Origin: Phycisphaerae bacterium
GTDB lineage: Bacteria > Planctomycetota > Phycisphaerae > UBA1845 > Fen-1342
Length of the DNA: 64,000 bases
Direction: 5' to 3'
NCBI GenBank assembly: GCA_963675745.2
Contig: CAXXWX010000019.1
Location: 224,001 to 288,000 of the forward strand
Made by a program: the position numbers and the translations under genes. The stretch's first letter is position 1. Each line of letters opens with the position of its first letter. Under the pieces are notes generated by a model. That model made no database searches. It was not told the origin of the DNA and was given only the letters and a program-made list of their open reading frames with translations. Positions 1 to 8,782 of the stretch are shown here, in pieces.

Positions 1-795
1 CTCGGCGTCAACGTCGATCCAGAAGATTCCCGCGTGGTGCACCGCCGCATTCGTCTTGCCGGCCGCGCCGCGTGGCAGGTCGTTGTCCGTCTCGACTTTG
101 TCGAGGGCGGCGTAGACCGACGCCGGATCGGCGTCGCAGGCGAACAGCGCCACCTTGCGACCCGCGATGCCGGGGCCACCCGGCGCTGGAAGATTCGGCC
201 GGGCCTGGGCAATCATGTAGCCGGCCTCACCGGCGCCCACCGACGTGAGTGTGGCGATGTCGAGCGCGTAAATGACGAGATAACGCCGGCGGCCATCGTC
301 CTCGAACTCCAGGAAACGGTACGCCGTGTGGTCGATCCCATTGAGCGGCTGGAGCTCGGCGAAACGGACTTCGTCGAACCCGGTTTCGACTGTGATGCTG
401 TCGAGCGTTACCAGGAGATAGTCCGGCCGCGCCTCGATGCGAACGTTGGCGACCGGTGCGCCGGGCGCCTGGCCGAAGGTGTATTCCCAATGGTCTTCGG
501 CGAACGTCACCGCTGTTGGGGAGGTCTCGCTGCCTTCAATCAGCAGGCGGCAGAAGTAGGCGGCCCACTCACCCGCACTGTATCGCGAACGGTTGACCCC
601 CGTGGCCCGGTCGAGAATCGAGATCACAGCGCCCCGATCGTCGATAGTCAGCGAGAGTCCGGAGCAGGTATAGGTTTGCGACGCCGCCATGGCCGCCGGC
701 ACCATGCCCAGCGACAAGAGCAGTGCGGCGCACGTGGTGAAACCGCGCGGGCGGCAGTCATTGGCGCTTTTCAGACGAGATGCTGGTGCGGCCAT
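1..795 (-). CDS. Secreted hypothetical protein, partial (continues off the left edge)
   Basis: Manual translation from ATG at 795 (GGAG upstream) gives MAAPASRLKSANDCRPRGFTTCAALLLSLGMVPAAMAASQTYTC... with no stop to position 1. It has a signal-peptide-like N-terminus and lies 16 nt after the stop of the upstream gene. Absent from the ORF track because it is truncated. Confidence 0.75.
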   Translation of the reverse strand, partial: MAAPASRLKSANDCRPRGFTTCAALLLSLGMVPAAMAASQTYTCSGLSLTIDDRGAVISILDRATGVNRSRYSAGEWAAYFCRLLIEGSETSPTAVTFAEDHWEYTFGQAPGAPVANVRIEARPDYLLVTLDSITVETGFDEVRFAELQPLNGIDHTAYRFLEFEDDGRRRYLVIYALDIATLTSVGAGEAGYMIAQARPNLPAPGGPGIAGRKVALFACDADPASVYAALDKVETDNDLPRGAAGKTNAAVHHAGIFWIDVDAE

Positions 796-811
796 TTGGC
801 GCTCCGTTCGG

Positions 812-2872
812 TTAGCGCGGCAGCGTGATCCGCCAGGCCTCGCGCTGGCCGGTGGGGTTGATTCCCTGGCCGACAATCACCTGTCCGTCGGCCGAGATTG
901 CGACAGCGCGCTCGAGTTGCCAACCGGCCAGCTCGGCCCCGCCGCCCGCCGCCGCGTAGGCCGCGGCTAGACTGCGCATCCCCGCGGCTTCGTCCCAGAC
1001 AAACGCCTCGGACCCTGTATCGCTCAAGCCGGCACCAACCACGCGCTGTCCGTCGCCGGACACTGCGTAGGCGGTGCTCTGGAACTCGCCGCCGGGAAGG
1101 TCGCCGAGCCCCACCATGCCGCTGGCGCCCGTCCAGACAAATGCCTGACGGCCGTCCGGCGAATCACTGTAACCCACGATCGTGGTGCCGTCGACGGAAA
1201 TGCCGGTCGCCTGGCTGCGTGCTCCGTCTTCGAGGAATCCCAGGGGCACGAGGCCGGTTGCGGTCGTCCAGTAGCAAGCCTCGTCGCCCGATTCGGACGC
1301 CCCATAGCCGACGATCACGTCACCGGCGCCGGACACCCCGGTGGCGCAGCTCTCAAATACACCTCCCGGCAGATCGCCGAGACCGATCATTCCATCGGTG
1401 GCGGTCCAGGAGAACGCCTCGAATCCATCCGCGGATTCACTGAAGCCAACGACAACGCGGCCGTTGGCCGAGACCGCGTACGCGCCGCTGCGATATTCGC
1501 CGCCGGGCAGGTCACCGAGCGCGGTGAATCCGTCGGTCGCGGTGTATGCGAAGGCCGTGAACCCATCATCACCGAGCGCGTGTCCGACGACGAGGTCGCC
1601 ATCAGCGGTCGTGCCGAAGGCGTGGCTGTAGACGCCGGCGGCCGACATGGCACCGAGCAACTCGAATGTGCCATCAGCGTGCCAGATCGCGCCCTGCACG
1701 AGACCATCCTCAACACCGCGCTGCCGCCCCACGACGACTGCGCCAAAGGCCGAGATGCCAAATGCCTCGTTGGTCGCCTCGTCAGCTAGTCCCGCGCCAA
1801 GGCCACCAAAGGCCGTTGGTGCCGGGTCACCCCGATAGGAGCTCCAAAACTCCGGGTCGTCCACATCGCGATATACCGACATCGTGACGCTGACATCGGC
1901 GCTCTGCCCGTCGGTGGTGATGACTGAAAGCTCGCCCGCATAGTCACCCGAATACAAACCGGTGCGGTCAATTGACACGACGATGTCTTGACCGTCGCCG
2001 GCATCCTCACCAGAGTTCGGCGACGCCACGATCCAGGGCGTGTCCGTGACGACCGAGAAGGCCAGCGTGCCCCCGCCCGTGTTTCGGATGCTGAGCGTCT
2101 GTGGCTCGGCACCAAGTTCGTAAGAGAGCAGCAGCGGCGACACTGACAGGACCGGTGGTGCCGCCGGTGGCTCATTCGGGTCGTTGGGATCGGTGATCGG
2201 AACACCCGGGTCGTCGCGTGGCTCGCCGGGATAGTCGGGCGCATCATTGGGGTCGGCGCCCGGCTCGGTGGGGCTGTCGGCGGCATCGTTCGGATCGGGC
2301 GCGGGTTCTCCGTCGGTGGCCCCGCCCCCACCATCGTTCGGGTCCGCGCCTACCGGATCGTACGGCGGCGAATTGACGGAGTACGGCGTCTCAGTGGCGC
2401 CACCGGCGCCGGGCACAATCGACACATTGAGAGCGATCGTGATAGTCTCGATGCCGACAATCACGACATCAAGCGTCGCCTGGTAGTCTCCAGGGGGCAG
2501 CCCTGTGCGATCGACGTGCACGTCGAACGCGAGCACTTCAGCTTCGGAGTAGCCTGCATCGGGCGTGACCCAGAGCCAGTCGTCGTACACGTGAACCATG
2601 TAGTGAACGCGATTGCCCGGCGTGTTGATCAATTCGAAACGCAGATCGTTAAACTCGCCGCCGAAATCGAGTGTCGCGGCGATGCTTTGCTGTCCGGCGC
2701 CAATTACGATGAGCGGCACTTCGGGATATGCGATATCGGGCGAAGTTCCGACGGGAACACACCCGACCCAGGTGCTGATCGAGAGCAGCAGACACAGCGC
2801 GGTGATTCTCCCCCCTCGCACCAGATGTCGCGTAGCGGCACGCATGTTCACCAACCAATGTGCTATCAACAT
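812..2872 (-). CDS. Probable lipoprotein with two BACON-like Ig domains, an acidic Pro/Asp linker and C-terminal HAF-type extracellular repeats
   Basis: Lipobox-like STWVGC; two W(L/I)x(V/A)xPxxG...VxxDRTGL modules; repeated DPND linker; repeated (A/G)xxxSxxGxxxVG...AFxWT...LGDLPGG units. The start may be ATG 2845. Confidence 0.7.
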   Translation of the reverse strand: MLIAHWLVNMRAATRHLVRGGRITALCLLLSISTWVGCVPVGTSPDIAYPEVPLIVIGAGQQSIAATLDFGGEFNDLRFELINTPGNRVHYMVHVYDDWLWVTPDAGYSEAEVLAFDVHVDRTGLPPGDYQATLDVVIVGIETITIALNVSIVPGAGGATETPYSVNSPPYDPVGADPNDGGGGATDGEPAPDPNDAADSPTEPGADPNDAPDYPGEPRDDPGVPITDPNDPNEPPAAPPVLSVSPLLLSYELGAEPQTLSIRNTGGGTLAFSVVTDTPWIVASPNSGEDAGDGQDIVVSIDRTGLYSGDYAGELSVITTDGQSADVSVTMSVYRDVDDPEFWSSYRGDPAPTAFGGLGAGLADEATNEAFGISAFGAVVVGRQRGVEDGLVQGAIWHADGTFELLGAMSAAGVYSHAFGTTADGDLVVGHALGDDGFTAFAYTATDGFTALGDLPGGEYRSGAYAVSANGRVVVGFSESADGFEAFSWTATDGMIGLGDLPGGVFESCATGVSGAGDVIVGYGASESGDEACYWTTATGLVPLGFLEDGARSQATGISVDGTTIVGYSDSPDGRQAFVWTGASGMVGLGDLPGGEFQSTAYAVSGDGQRVVGAGLSDTGSEAFVWDEAAGMRSLAAAYAAAGGGAELAGWQLERAVAISADGQVIVGQGINPTGQREAWRITLPR

Positions 2873-3402
2873 CCCCGAGGTCGCCCGCCGAGCCGTTCGC
2901 TCGCACGGATCACCAGTTTCAAGTGTGCGAATGCCGGAGGTCTGAAGGCAAATATCCTCGGCTCAGGTATGGGCGATGCGGGATATCGCCTGCCCGACCG
3001 AGAAAACATGCTGCGCACGATCAGTCACAAGCGTCCGATCACACGGCGCACCGCCGCCGGCTCATCAGTGGGCCCCAAGGCTCTGACGACGCCGCCACGC
3101 GCCCTGGAACCGCCGGTCCGGATTGCCCCTCGGCGTTTGAGTGTGTTAGAATCCAGGTAGCAGTCGCGTCGAGACTCCGGGGCGGGTTTGGGGGCTGCGG
3201 CGCAGTTCGAGAGGCGGCGGGGAAAGTGAAATGAGAATACGACCACGAGGAATGACGCCCGCATCTGTACCGGTTGCGGCTGGGCTGCGCACGCACTTCG
3301 CGTTGACAGCCACACATAAGTACTCCGGCGAATGACGCGGGTGGCGATGAAAACTGGACATATGCACCATGCAGCCCACTTGCTCCAGGCAAGGAGAATC
3401 CG

Positions 3403-5814
3403 ATGTTAAGGAACTGCACTAGTCTGGTCATCGTGGTAACACTCGCTGCGTCGATTGCGTCCGCGGCCGATTACGTCGATTTGGGCGACGTTGCCGTCGG
3501 TGGTGATGGCACCGGCTCGGCGGTTGATAGAAGCGGGCTGCACATCGCCTCCGGGCAACTTGTGGACCCCAATACCTCCGGCGGACACACTGAAGGAGGG
3601 CCTCTGTTCACGGCCATCGACGGCACTGCCGGCGCGGTCGACTTCCCGCTGGTTGACGGTGTGTTCATTCCGGACAGGACGACGCAGATTCGTTCTGATG
3701 GAGCGACCTTCGACTTCCCGAACACGGAGGGCGACAACCATGACTCCATCCGTAACGCCGCCTCGCACTTCTCCAAGGCGGAGTCCGAGGTGCTGCCCAT
3801 CGAACTCGCAGATCAGCCAGGTGTGTATCGGCGGGGACTCGGTATGCACACGAATGCTGGCATCACGTTTGACCTGAACGCCGTGCGGGATGCCGGGTAC
3901 GAGTTCAATCGGTTTGTGGGAGTGGCCGGCATCAACTTCAATGCCATCGACAATGTGTACACCGATTTCACGGTGTGGGTGCTGCTGGATGGCGAGGTGC
4001 AGTACCAGCAGTCGTTCAGGCGGGGCGGACTGATCGTTGACGCAATCGTGGTGCCGATCACGGAGTCCGACGGGTTCCTGACCGTGGTGACGACCGATTA
4101 CAATGTCTCCAACAGCGTTGATCACGCGGCGATCGCTGATGTGGCCTTGCTGTTGACCCCTCCCGCGGCCTGCTGCATTCCAGGGCAGGAATGCCAGGTG
4201 TTGCTCGAACCCGACTGCTTCGCACTGGGGGGCCGTTGGCTGGAGTATGAGCCCAACTGTGCCGGCAACCCGTGCGAGCCTTACACCTTCTACGCGCCCG
4301 GCGAATCGAATGGCTGGGATACCTCCACGCTGATGGCCGATCAGTTGGATGGCACCTACCACTACGACATCATCGGCTTTGCGGACCCATCCCCGGCCGA
4401 GGCCCTCTTCGATATTCTCGCTGTCGAGGGCGATTGGAATTCCAAGGTCCACGCGGCGGGCAACCAGTGGCTGATCCTCGACCCGAACGGCGACAACACG
4501 CTGATCCTGGACACCAACACGTATGCGGATGGCTGGTCGCCGGACACGAATCGTGTCATGGTCGCCTACGAGCCATCCACCTCGTGGACGGCGGTCGGCA
4601 ACTGGCAGTCACAGGTCGGCGGGAGTGATTGGGACAACGCCAACCCGAACACGGCTATGACGCCTGCCGGCGGTGACACTTACTCATTCCAGGCCGTGCT
4701 GGCCGAGGGCGGCTACGAGTACAAGGCGGTTGTCACCGGCACCTGGAACGGCATCGGCACCAATAGTCGCAACGTCAACGCCGACAGCCTCAGTTTCAAC
4801 GTCCCGGCCGAAGGCGCAACCGCGGTCATGTGGGTTGATGTCATCGATGGCGCTATCAGGGTCGACGTGCTGCCTCACGCGGCTTGCTGTATTCCCGGGC
4901 AGGGATGTCAGGTCTTGGACGAGCCAGATTGCCTCAGCCAGGGCGGTCGCTGGCTCGAGAGTGAGCCGAATTGCGCCGGCAACCCCTGCGAGCCTTACAC
5001 CTTCTACGCGCCGGGTGAATCGAACGGTTGGGACGGCGCCGCATTAATGGCCGACCCGGTTGACGGCACGTACCGCTACGACATCGTCGGCTTCGTTGAT
5101 CCGTCGCCGCCGACCACCAACTTCGACATTCTCAGCGTCGAGGGTGATTGGGGTTCGAAGGTCCACCCTGAGGGTAACCAGTGGCTGATCCTCGACCCCA
5201 ACGGCGATAACACGCTGATCCTGGACACCAGGTACCCATTCGATATTTGGTCGCCTCAAACCAACCGCGTGCAGGTGGCCTACGAGCCGTCCACTTCGTG
5301 GACCGCGGTCGGCAATTGGCAGTCGCAGGTCGGCGGTAGTGACTGGGACAACGCCAATCCGAACACGCTCATGACGCTCGACAGCGGCAGCGTGTATCGG
5401 TTCGACACATTCCTGGTGCCGGGCGACTACGAGTACAAGGCGGTCGTCACCGGCACATGGGACGGTATCGGCCTCAACAGCCGCAACGTCAACGCTACCA
5501 GCCTTCCCTTCAACATCCAGGCTGGAGGCGGAGATGCCACCATGTGGGTTGACGTCATCAAGGGCACAGTCATGGTCGATATCGTGCCGCCTTGCCGGGA
5601 GCCGGCCGACTCGAACTGCGATGGCTTCGTCAACAACGGCGACATAGATGCGTTTGTGGTCGCCATGTCAACGGGCGAGAGCGACTGGCGACAGTACCTC
5701 ATCGATCACGGGCACAATGTCTGTGATTACAGGTGCGCGAATGACACGAACGGCGACGGATTCGTGAACGGTGGTGACATAGACCCATTCATCCTCATGC
5801 TCACCACCCAGTAG
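3403..5814 (+). CDS. Secreted modular protein: NPCBM/NEW2-like domain, two copies of a Cys-rich + X25-like module, C-terminal dockerin-like EF-hand pair
   Basis: AAGGAG RBS and signal peptide; GLGMHTNAGITFDL...FVGVAGI...VLLDGE (NPCBM-like); AVGNWQSQVGGSDWD...G(G/D)YEYKAVV twice (pullulanase X25-like); DSNCDGFVNNGDID and DTNGDGFVNGGDID. Confidence 0.7.
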   Translation: MLRNCTSLVIVVTLAASIASAADYVDLGDVAVGGDGTGSAVDRSGLHIASGQLVDPNTSGGHTEGGPLFTAIDGTAGAVDFPLVDGVFIPDRTTQIRSDGATFDFPNTEGDNHDSIRNAASHFSKAESEVLPIELADQPGVYRRGLGMHTNAGITFDLNAVRDAGYEFNRFVGVAGINFNAIDNVYTDFTVWVLLDGEVQYQQSFRRGGLIVDAIVVPITESDGFLTVVTTDYNVSNSVDHAAIADVALLLTPPAACCIPGQECQVLLEPDCFALGGRWLEYEPNCAGNPCEPYTFYAPGESNGWDTSTLMADQLDGTYHYDIIGFADPSPAEALFDILAVEGDWNSKVHAAGNQWLILDPNGDNTLILDTNTYADGWSPDTNRVMVAYEPSTSWTAVGNWQSQVGGSDWDNANPNTAMTPAGGDTYSFQAVLAEGGYEYKAVVTGTWNGIGTNSRNVNADSLSFNVPAEGATAVMWVDVIDGAIRVDVLPHAACCIPGQGCQVLDEPDCLSQGGRWLESEPNCAGNPCEPYTFYAPGESNGWDGAALMADPVDGTYRYDIVGFVDPSPPTTNFDILSVEGDWGSKVHPEGNQWLILDPNGDNTLILDTRYPFDIWSPQTNRVQVAYEPSTSWTAVGNWQSQVGGSDWDNANPNTLMTLDSGSVYRFDTFLVPGDYEYKAVVTGTWDGIGLNSRNVNATSLPFNIQAGGGDATMWVDVIKGTVMVDIVPPCREPADSNCDGFVNNGDIDAFVVAMSTGESDWRQYLIDHGHNVCDYRCANDTNGDGFVNGGDIDPFILMLTTQ
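4165..5590 (+). repeat. Intragenic tandem duplication, 2 x ~714 bp (238 aa)
   Basis: AACCIPGQECQV... begins at ~4165 and AACCIPGQGCQV... at ~4879. There are long near-identical peptide stretches with many synonymous differences. Confidence 0.9.
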
Positions 5815-5998
5815 CCGGCGCGGCAGGCGCCCAAGATCATGTGCCTTGTACCTCATCGGCGAGCAGATGAGCCTTGATGCGCGCGCCCACAGGTGCTATC
5901 GTACAGGGTCCAGGAGCAGGGACGCTGTGTCGCGGCCGACAGGCGGCCGCGGCGGGAAGTGGCCTGTGTACGGACGCACCTCGAAGGGCAATACCAGC

Positions 5999-6919
5999 AT
6001 GCGTGCCATGTCGATGCCGCTGCGTCGTCACGCATTCACCCTGGCCGAATTGTTGGTGGTCGTCGGTGTGATCGCGCTATTGATCGCGCTGTTGCTCCCG
6101 CCGCTGCAATTGGCCCGCGCCCAGGCCTTGCAGGCTCAATGCGGCGCCCACGAGCAGCAGATCGGCCTGGCCCTCGAAATTGCCCGCTCTGATTTTGAGT
6201 TCTACCCGTTGTGGGATGACGGTGGCAGCCCCATCCGCTACACCTGGATCGACGTCCTGGTGCAGCGCGGCTACATGCCAGCCGCGCGCGCCGGCTATTG
6301 CCCCGCCGACCGCCGGCCCGATCCACTTAACGAGGCCCGCGCCCGCGCGACCGATCGCCGTCTGATTTACCCACCCAACCCCACGCGCGGCGGCGTCGAT
6401 TACAGCTATGGCATCAGCGTACCGCTGTCGTGCGGCGGCTGGGCCTGGCGGTCGGATGCCAGCCCGCCCGGCGATCAGCGCGCCCGTAAACTCGTCCATC
6501 ACGAAACCTACACCTCACGCCGCGTGTTGGCCGCCGACGGGAACTGGAACGCCATTTACAATCTCAGCGGAGCCGCGCTCGAATCGCAGATCTGGAACGA
6601 CCCCACGCAGTTTGAGAACACGGTCGCCTGGCGCCATCCCCACAACGCCGCGCTGCTGCTATTCCAGGATGGACACGTCGCGCGCGCCAGTTACAACTCG
6701 CTCGACGAGCGTGAGCCCATCGACACGGTGCGCCAGTTCATCTGGTATCCGGCCGAGTCGATCGACATCGGGCCCGAGTCGCGCTACCGCGACAATTGGT
6801 ACCCGTGCGTGGCGCCACCCAACCCCTACAGCACCCCGCCCGGCAACGTCATGCCGCAGGAGCTCTTTCCACGCTACTACACCGAGCGCCAGCTCTGGAC
6901 GCGGATATATCACAAGTAA
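5999..6919 (+). CDS. Prepilin-type N-terminal cleavage/methylation protein with H-X9-DG motif (DUF1559-like)
   Basis: RRHAFTLAELLVVVGVIALLIALLLPPLQLAR; YCPAD; AWRHPHNAALLLFQDGHV. Start moved to ATG 5999 (alternative ATGs follow closely). Confidence 0.85.
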   Translation: MRAMSMPLRRHAFTLAELLVVVGVIALLIALLLPPLQLARAQALQAQCGAHEQQIGLALEIARSDFEFYPLWDDGGSPIRYTWIDVLVQRGYMPAARAGYCPADRRPDPLNEARARATDRRLIYPPNPTRGGVDYSYGISVPLSCGGWAWRSDASPPGDQRARKLVHHETYTSRRVLAADGNWNAIYNLSGAALESQIWNDPTQFENTVAWRHPHNAALLLFQDGHVARASYNSLDEREPIDTVRQFIWYPAESIDIGPESRYRDNWYPCVAPPNPYSTPPGNVMPQELFPRYYTERQLWTRIYHK

Positions 6920-7022
6920 ATGCAGAATGAGGAATGATGAATGCAGAAGCGCTGCGCGGCGTTCTCTTAGTCCGGGGATCGCCGTAGCGAGTTTCTGCAT
7001 TCATCATTCCTCATTCTGCATT
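6919..7022. repeat. Perfect 30-bp inverted repeat built of heptamers; probable bidirectional terminator or miniature element
   Basis: AATGCAGAATGAGGAATGATGAATGCAGAA (6919-6948) and its exact reverse complement (6993-7022), with a 44-nt spacer, between convergent genes. Confidence 0.9.
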
Positions 7023-7027
7023 CGTCG

Positions 7028-8782
7028 TCACCCCTTGACTCCGCTGATCACCACGCCGCGTATGAACGCTTTCTGTGCCAGGAAAAACAGCACAACCGTG
7101 GGAATCAGCATCATGACCGAAGCGGCCATCAGCAATTGCGGGTCATCGGTTTGGAACGTGCTCTTGAAGTTTTGCAGGCCGAGCGCGATCGTCTGCTTGT
7201 GATCAGAGTTGATGTAGAGCAACGGCCCGAGAAAGTCGTTCCACGCCCCGATAAACGAGAAAACCGCCACCGTGACGATAATCGGTTTGCAGAGCGGCAT
7301 CATGATCAGCCACCAGGTTGCCAGCGGGCCGCAGCCGTCGATGCGCGCCGAGTCTTCCAGGTCGACCGGAATGGTCATCATGAACTGGCGATAAAGAAAC
7401 ACGAAGAACGCGGCACTCGACAAAAACGCCGGCAGCGTCAGGGGCAGATACGTATCAATCCAGCCGAACGTCGCGTACATCACGAATGTCGGAATGCTGG
7501 TTACCTGTCCGGGGATCATCATGGTGGACAGCAGAATCAGAAACAGCACGTTGCTGCCGCGGAAATTCAGACGCGCGAACGCATAGCCGACCAGCCCGCA
7601 ACTGAGCACCGTGCCCAGCACCACCAGCGAGGCGATCAGCAGCGTGTTCGCCAGATAGAGATCGAAGCGCTGTTCGCGCCAGGCCTTGACGAAATTGATC
7701 CACTGGGGCCTGAGCGGCCGCTGTTCGACGATTCGATCCGCCGTCACCGCCAGCGTGCCGGAGACACGTACCGCGACCGCTGCGCGCGGATCGGCGGGCA
7801 GCGGCTGACTGACCGGCTCGATCTGCACGGGCTGCCCCAGCAACTGTGCGTGGTATTCCACATGCGATTCACGCGCGAGCGCCGCCGCCGGCACCCGCGC
7901 CGTACGCGCTTCGCCGAGCACCTCGACGCGCACCATGCCGGGGGTTTCGCCGGCGCCCAGCTTGGCGACTTCAATCCGCTGCGGCGACAGGTAGAAGCGT
8001 GTTTTGAACGCCTCGCGCAGCTCGCCGACCGGTACACGAAGTCCGTCATCCGGACAGAGCAATTCGATTGTCAGGAAACCGGCCGGCTTGCTGCCGCCGA
8101 TCAACCGCGCCGGAATCAGCCGCTCGCGATAGCGCACGCGCGTCTGGCCGGTGGCCTCGACGATCTCCGGGGCAACCTCGGCGATCGGCGCGGCCAGCAG
8201 AGTCATGATCCGCGCGCTACCCTCGGTCGGCAGGTGTTCAACGTCGAGTTTGACCGGCACCTCCCGGCCCAGAACCGACCAGTACACGGTCCGCTCCGTC
8301 ACGCGCTCGAGCGCTTTGGCCGGCACTTCCGCCTGCCGGCGCGTGCCGACCAGCGCCAGCTCGACCGTCGCCTCTCCGGCAGTCGGATCGGCGAGCGGCT
8401 CAACACGGCGGGTGCGGCCGTCGATCATGGCAACGTAGCGGTCGGATGTGGTTGCGGCGACTTCCCCGGCCGGCAGCTCGAGCAGCAGTTCCTCATCGCC
8501 ACGATCGTGGAGAACCTTCAGACGCCGCACACGCGTGCCGGACGCCATCCCGTCATCGAACACCTTCACGGGCAGTGATTGTCCGGCGATGGTGACCGAC
8601 GCTTTGGGCACGACGGGCAGCCAATCCGGCGGATAGGCTTCGACGCGCTCCTTGGTCTTGAGGCTGGCGATGAGCATCCAGTAAAAGGGCAGCAGAACCG
8701 GCAGTGCCCCGCCCACCAGGATCACGTAAATGACCAGCCGATAGGCGAACGACTCACGCCGGCCTTCGCTCCCGCGCCTCAT
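7028..8782 (-). CDS. Carbohydrate ABC transporter permease (MalG-like) with a large extracytoplasmic insertion
   Basis: PFYWMLIASLK; EAA-like motif IPVDLEDSARIDGCG; WNDFLGPLLYI. The real start MRRGSEG at 8782 overlaps the upstream stop (ATGA). Confidence 0.88.
   Translation of the reverse strand: MRRGSEGRRESFAYRLVIYVILVGGALPVLLPFYWMLIASLKTKERVEAYPPDWLPVVPKASVTIAGQSLPVKVFDDGMASGTRVRRLKVLHDRGDEELLLELPAGEVAATTSDRYVAMIDGRTRRVEPLADPTAGEATVELALVGTRRQAEVPAKALERVTERTVYWSVLGREVPVKLDVEHLPTEGSARIMTLLAAPIAEVAPEIVEATGQTRVRYRERLIPARLIGGSKPAGFLTIELLCPDDGLRVPVGELREAFKTRFYLSPQRIEVAKLGAGETPGMVRVEVLGEARTARVPAAALARESHVEYHAQLLGQPVQIEPVSQPLPADPRAAVAVRVSGTLAVTADRIVEQRPLRPQWINFVKAWREQRFDLYLANTLLIASLVVLGTVLSCGLVGYAFARLNFRGSNVLFLILLSTMMIPGQVTSIPTFVMYATFGWIDTYLPLTLPAFLSSAAFFVFLYRQFMMTIPVDLEDSARIDGCGPLATWWLIMMPLCKPIIVTVAVFSFIGAWNDFLGPLLYINSDHKQTIALGLQNFKSTFQTDDPQLLMAASVMMLIPTVVLFFLAQKAFIRGVVISGVKG

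Noticed and set aside
34..828. 264-aa plus-strand ORF and many other long overlapping ORFs (e.g. 7136-8578, 10093-11421, 52402-53565, 54843-55955)
   Set aside because: Antisense or alternate-frame shadows of real genes, as expected in high-GC DNA; Arg/Ala-rich with no motifs.
3303..3330. Sigma70 promoter from TTGACA at 3303
   Set aside because: No acceptable -10 hexamer at 16-18 nt spacing.
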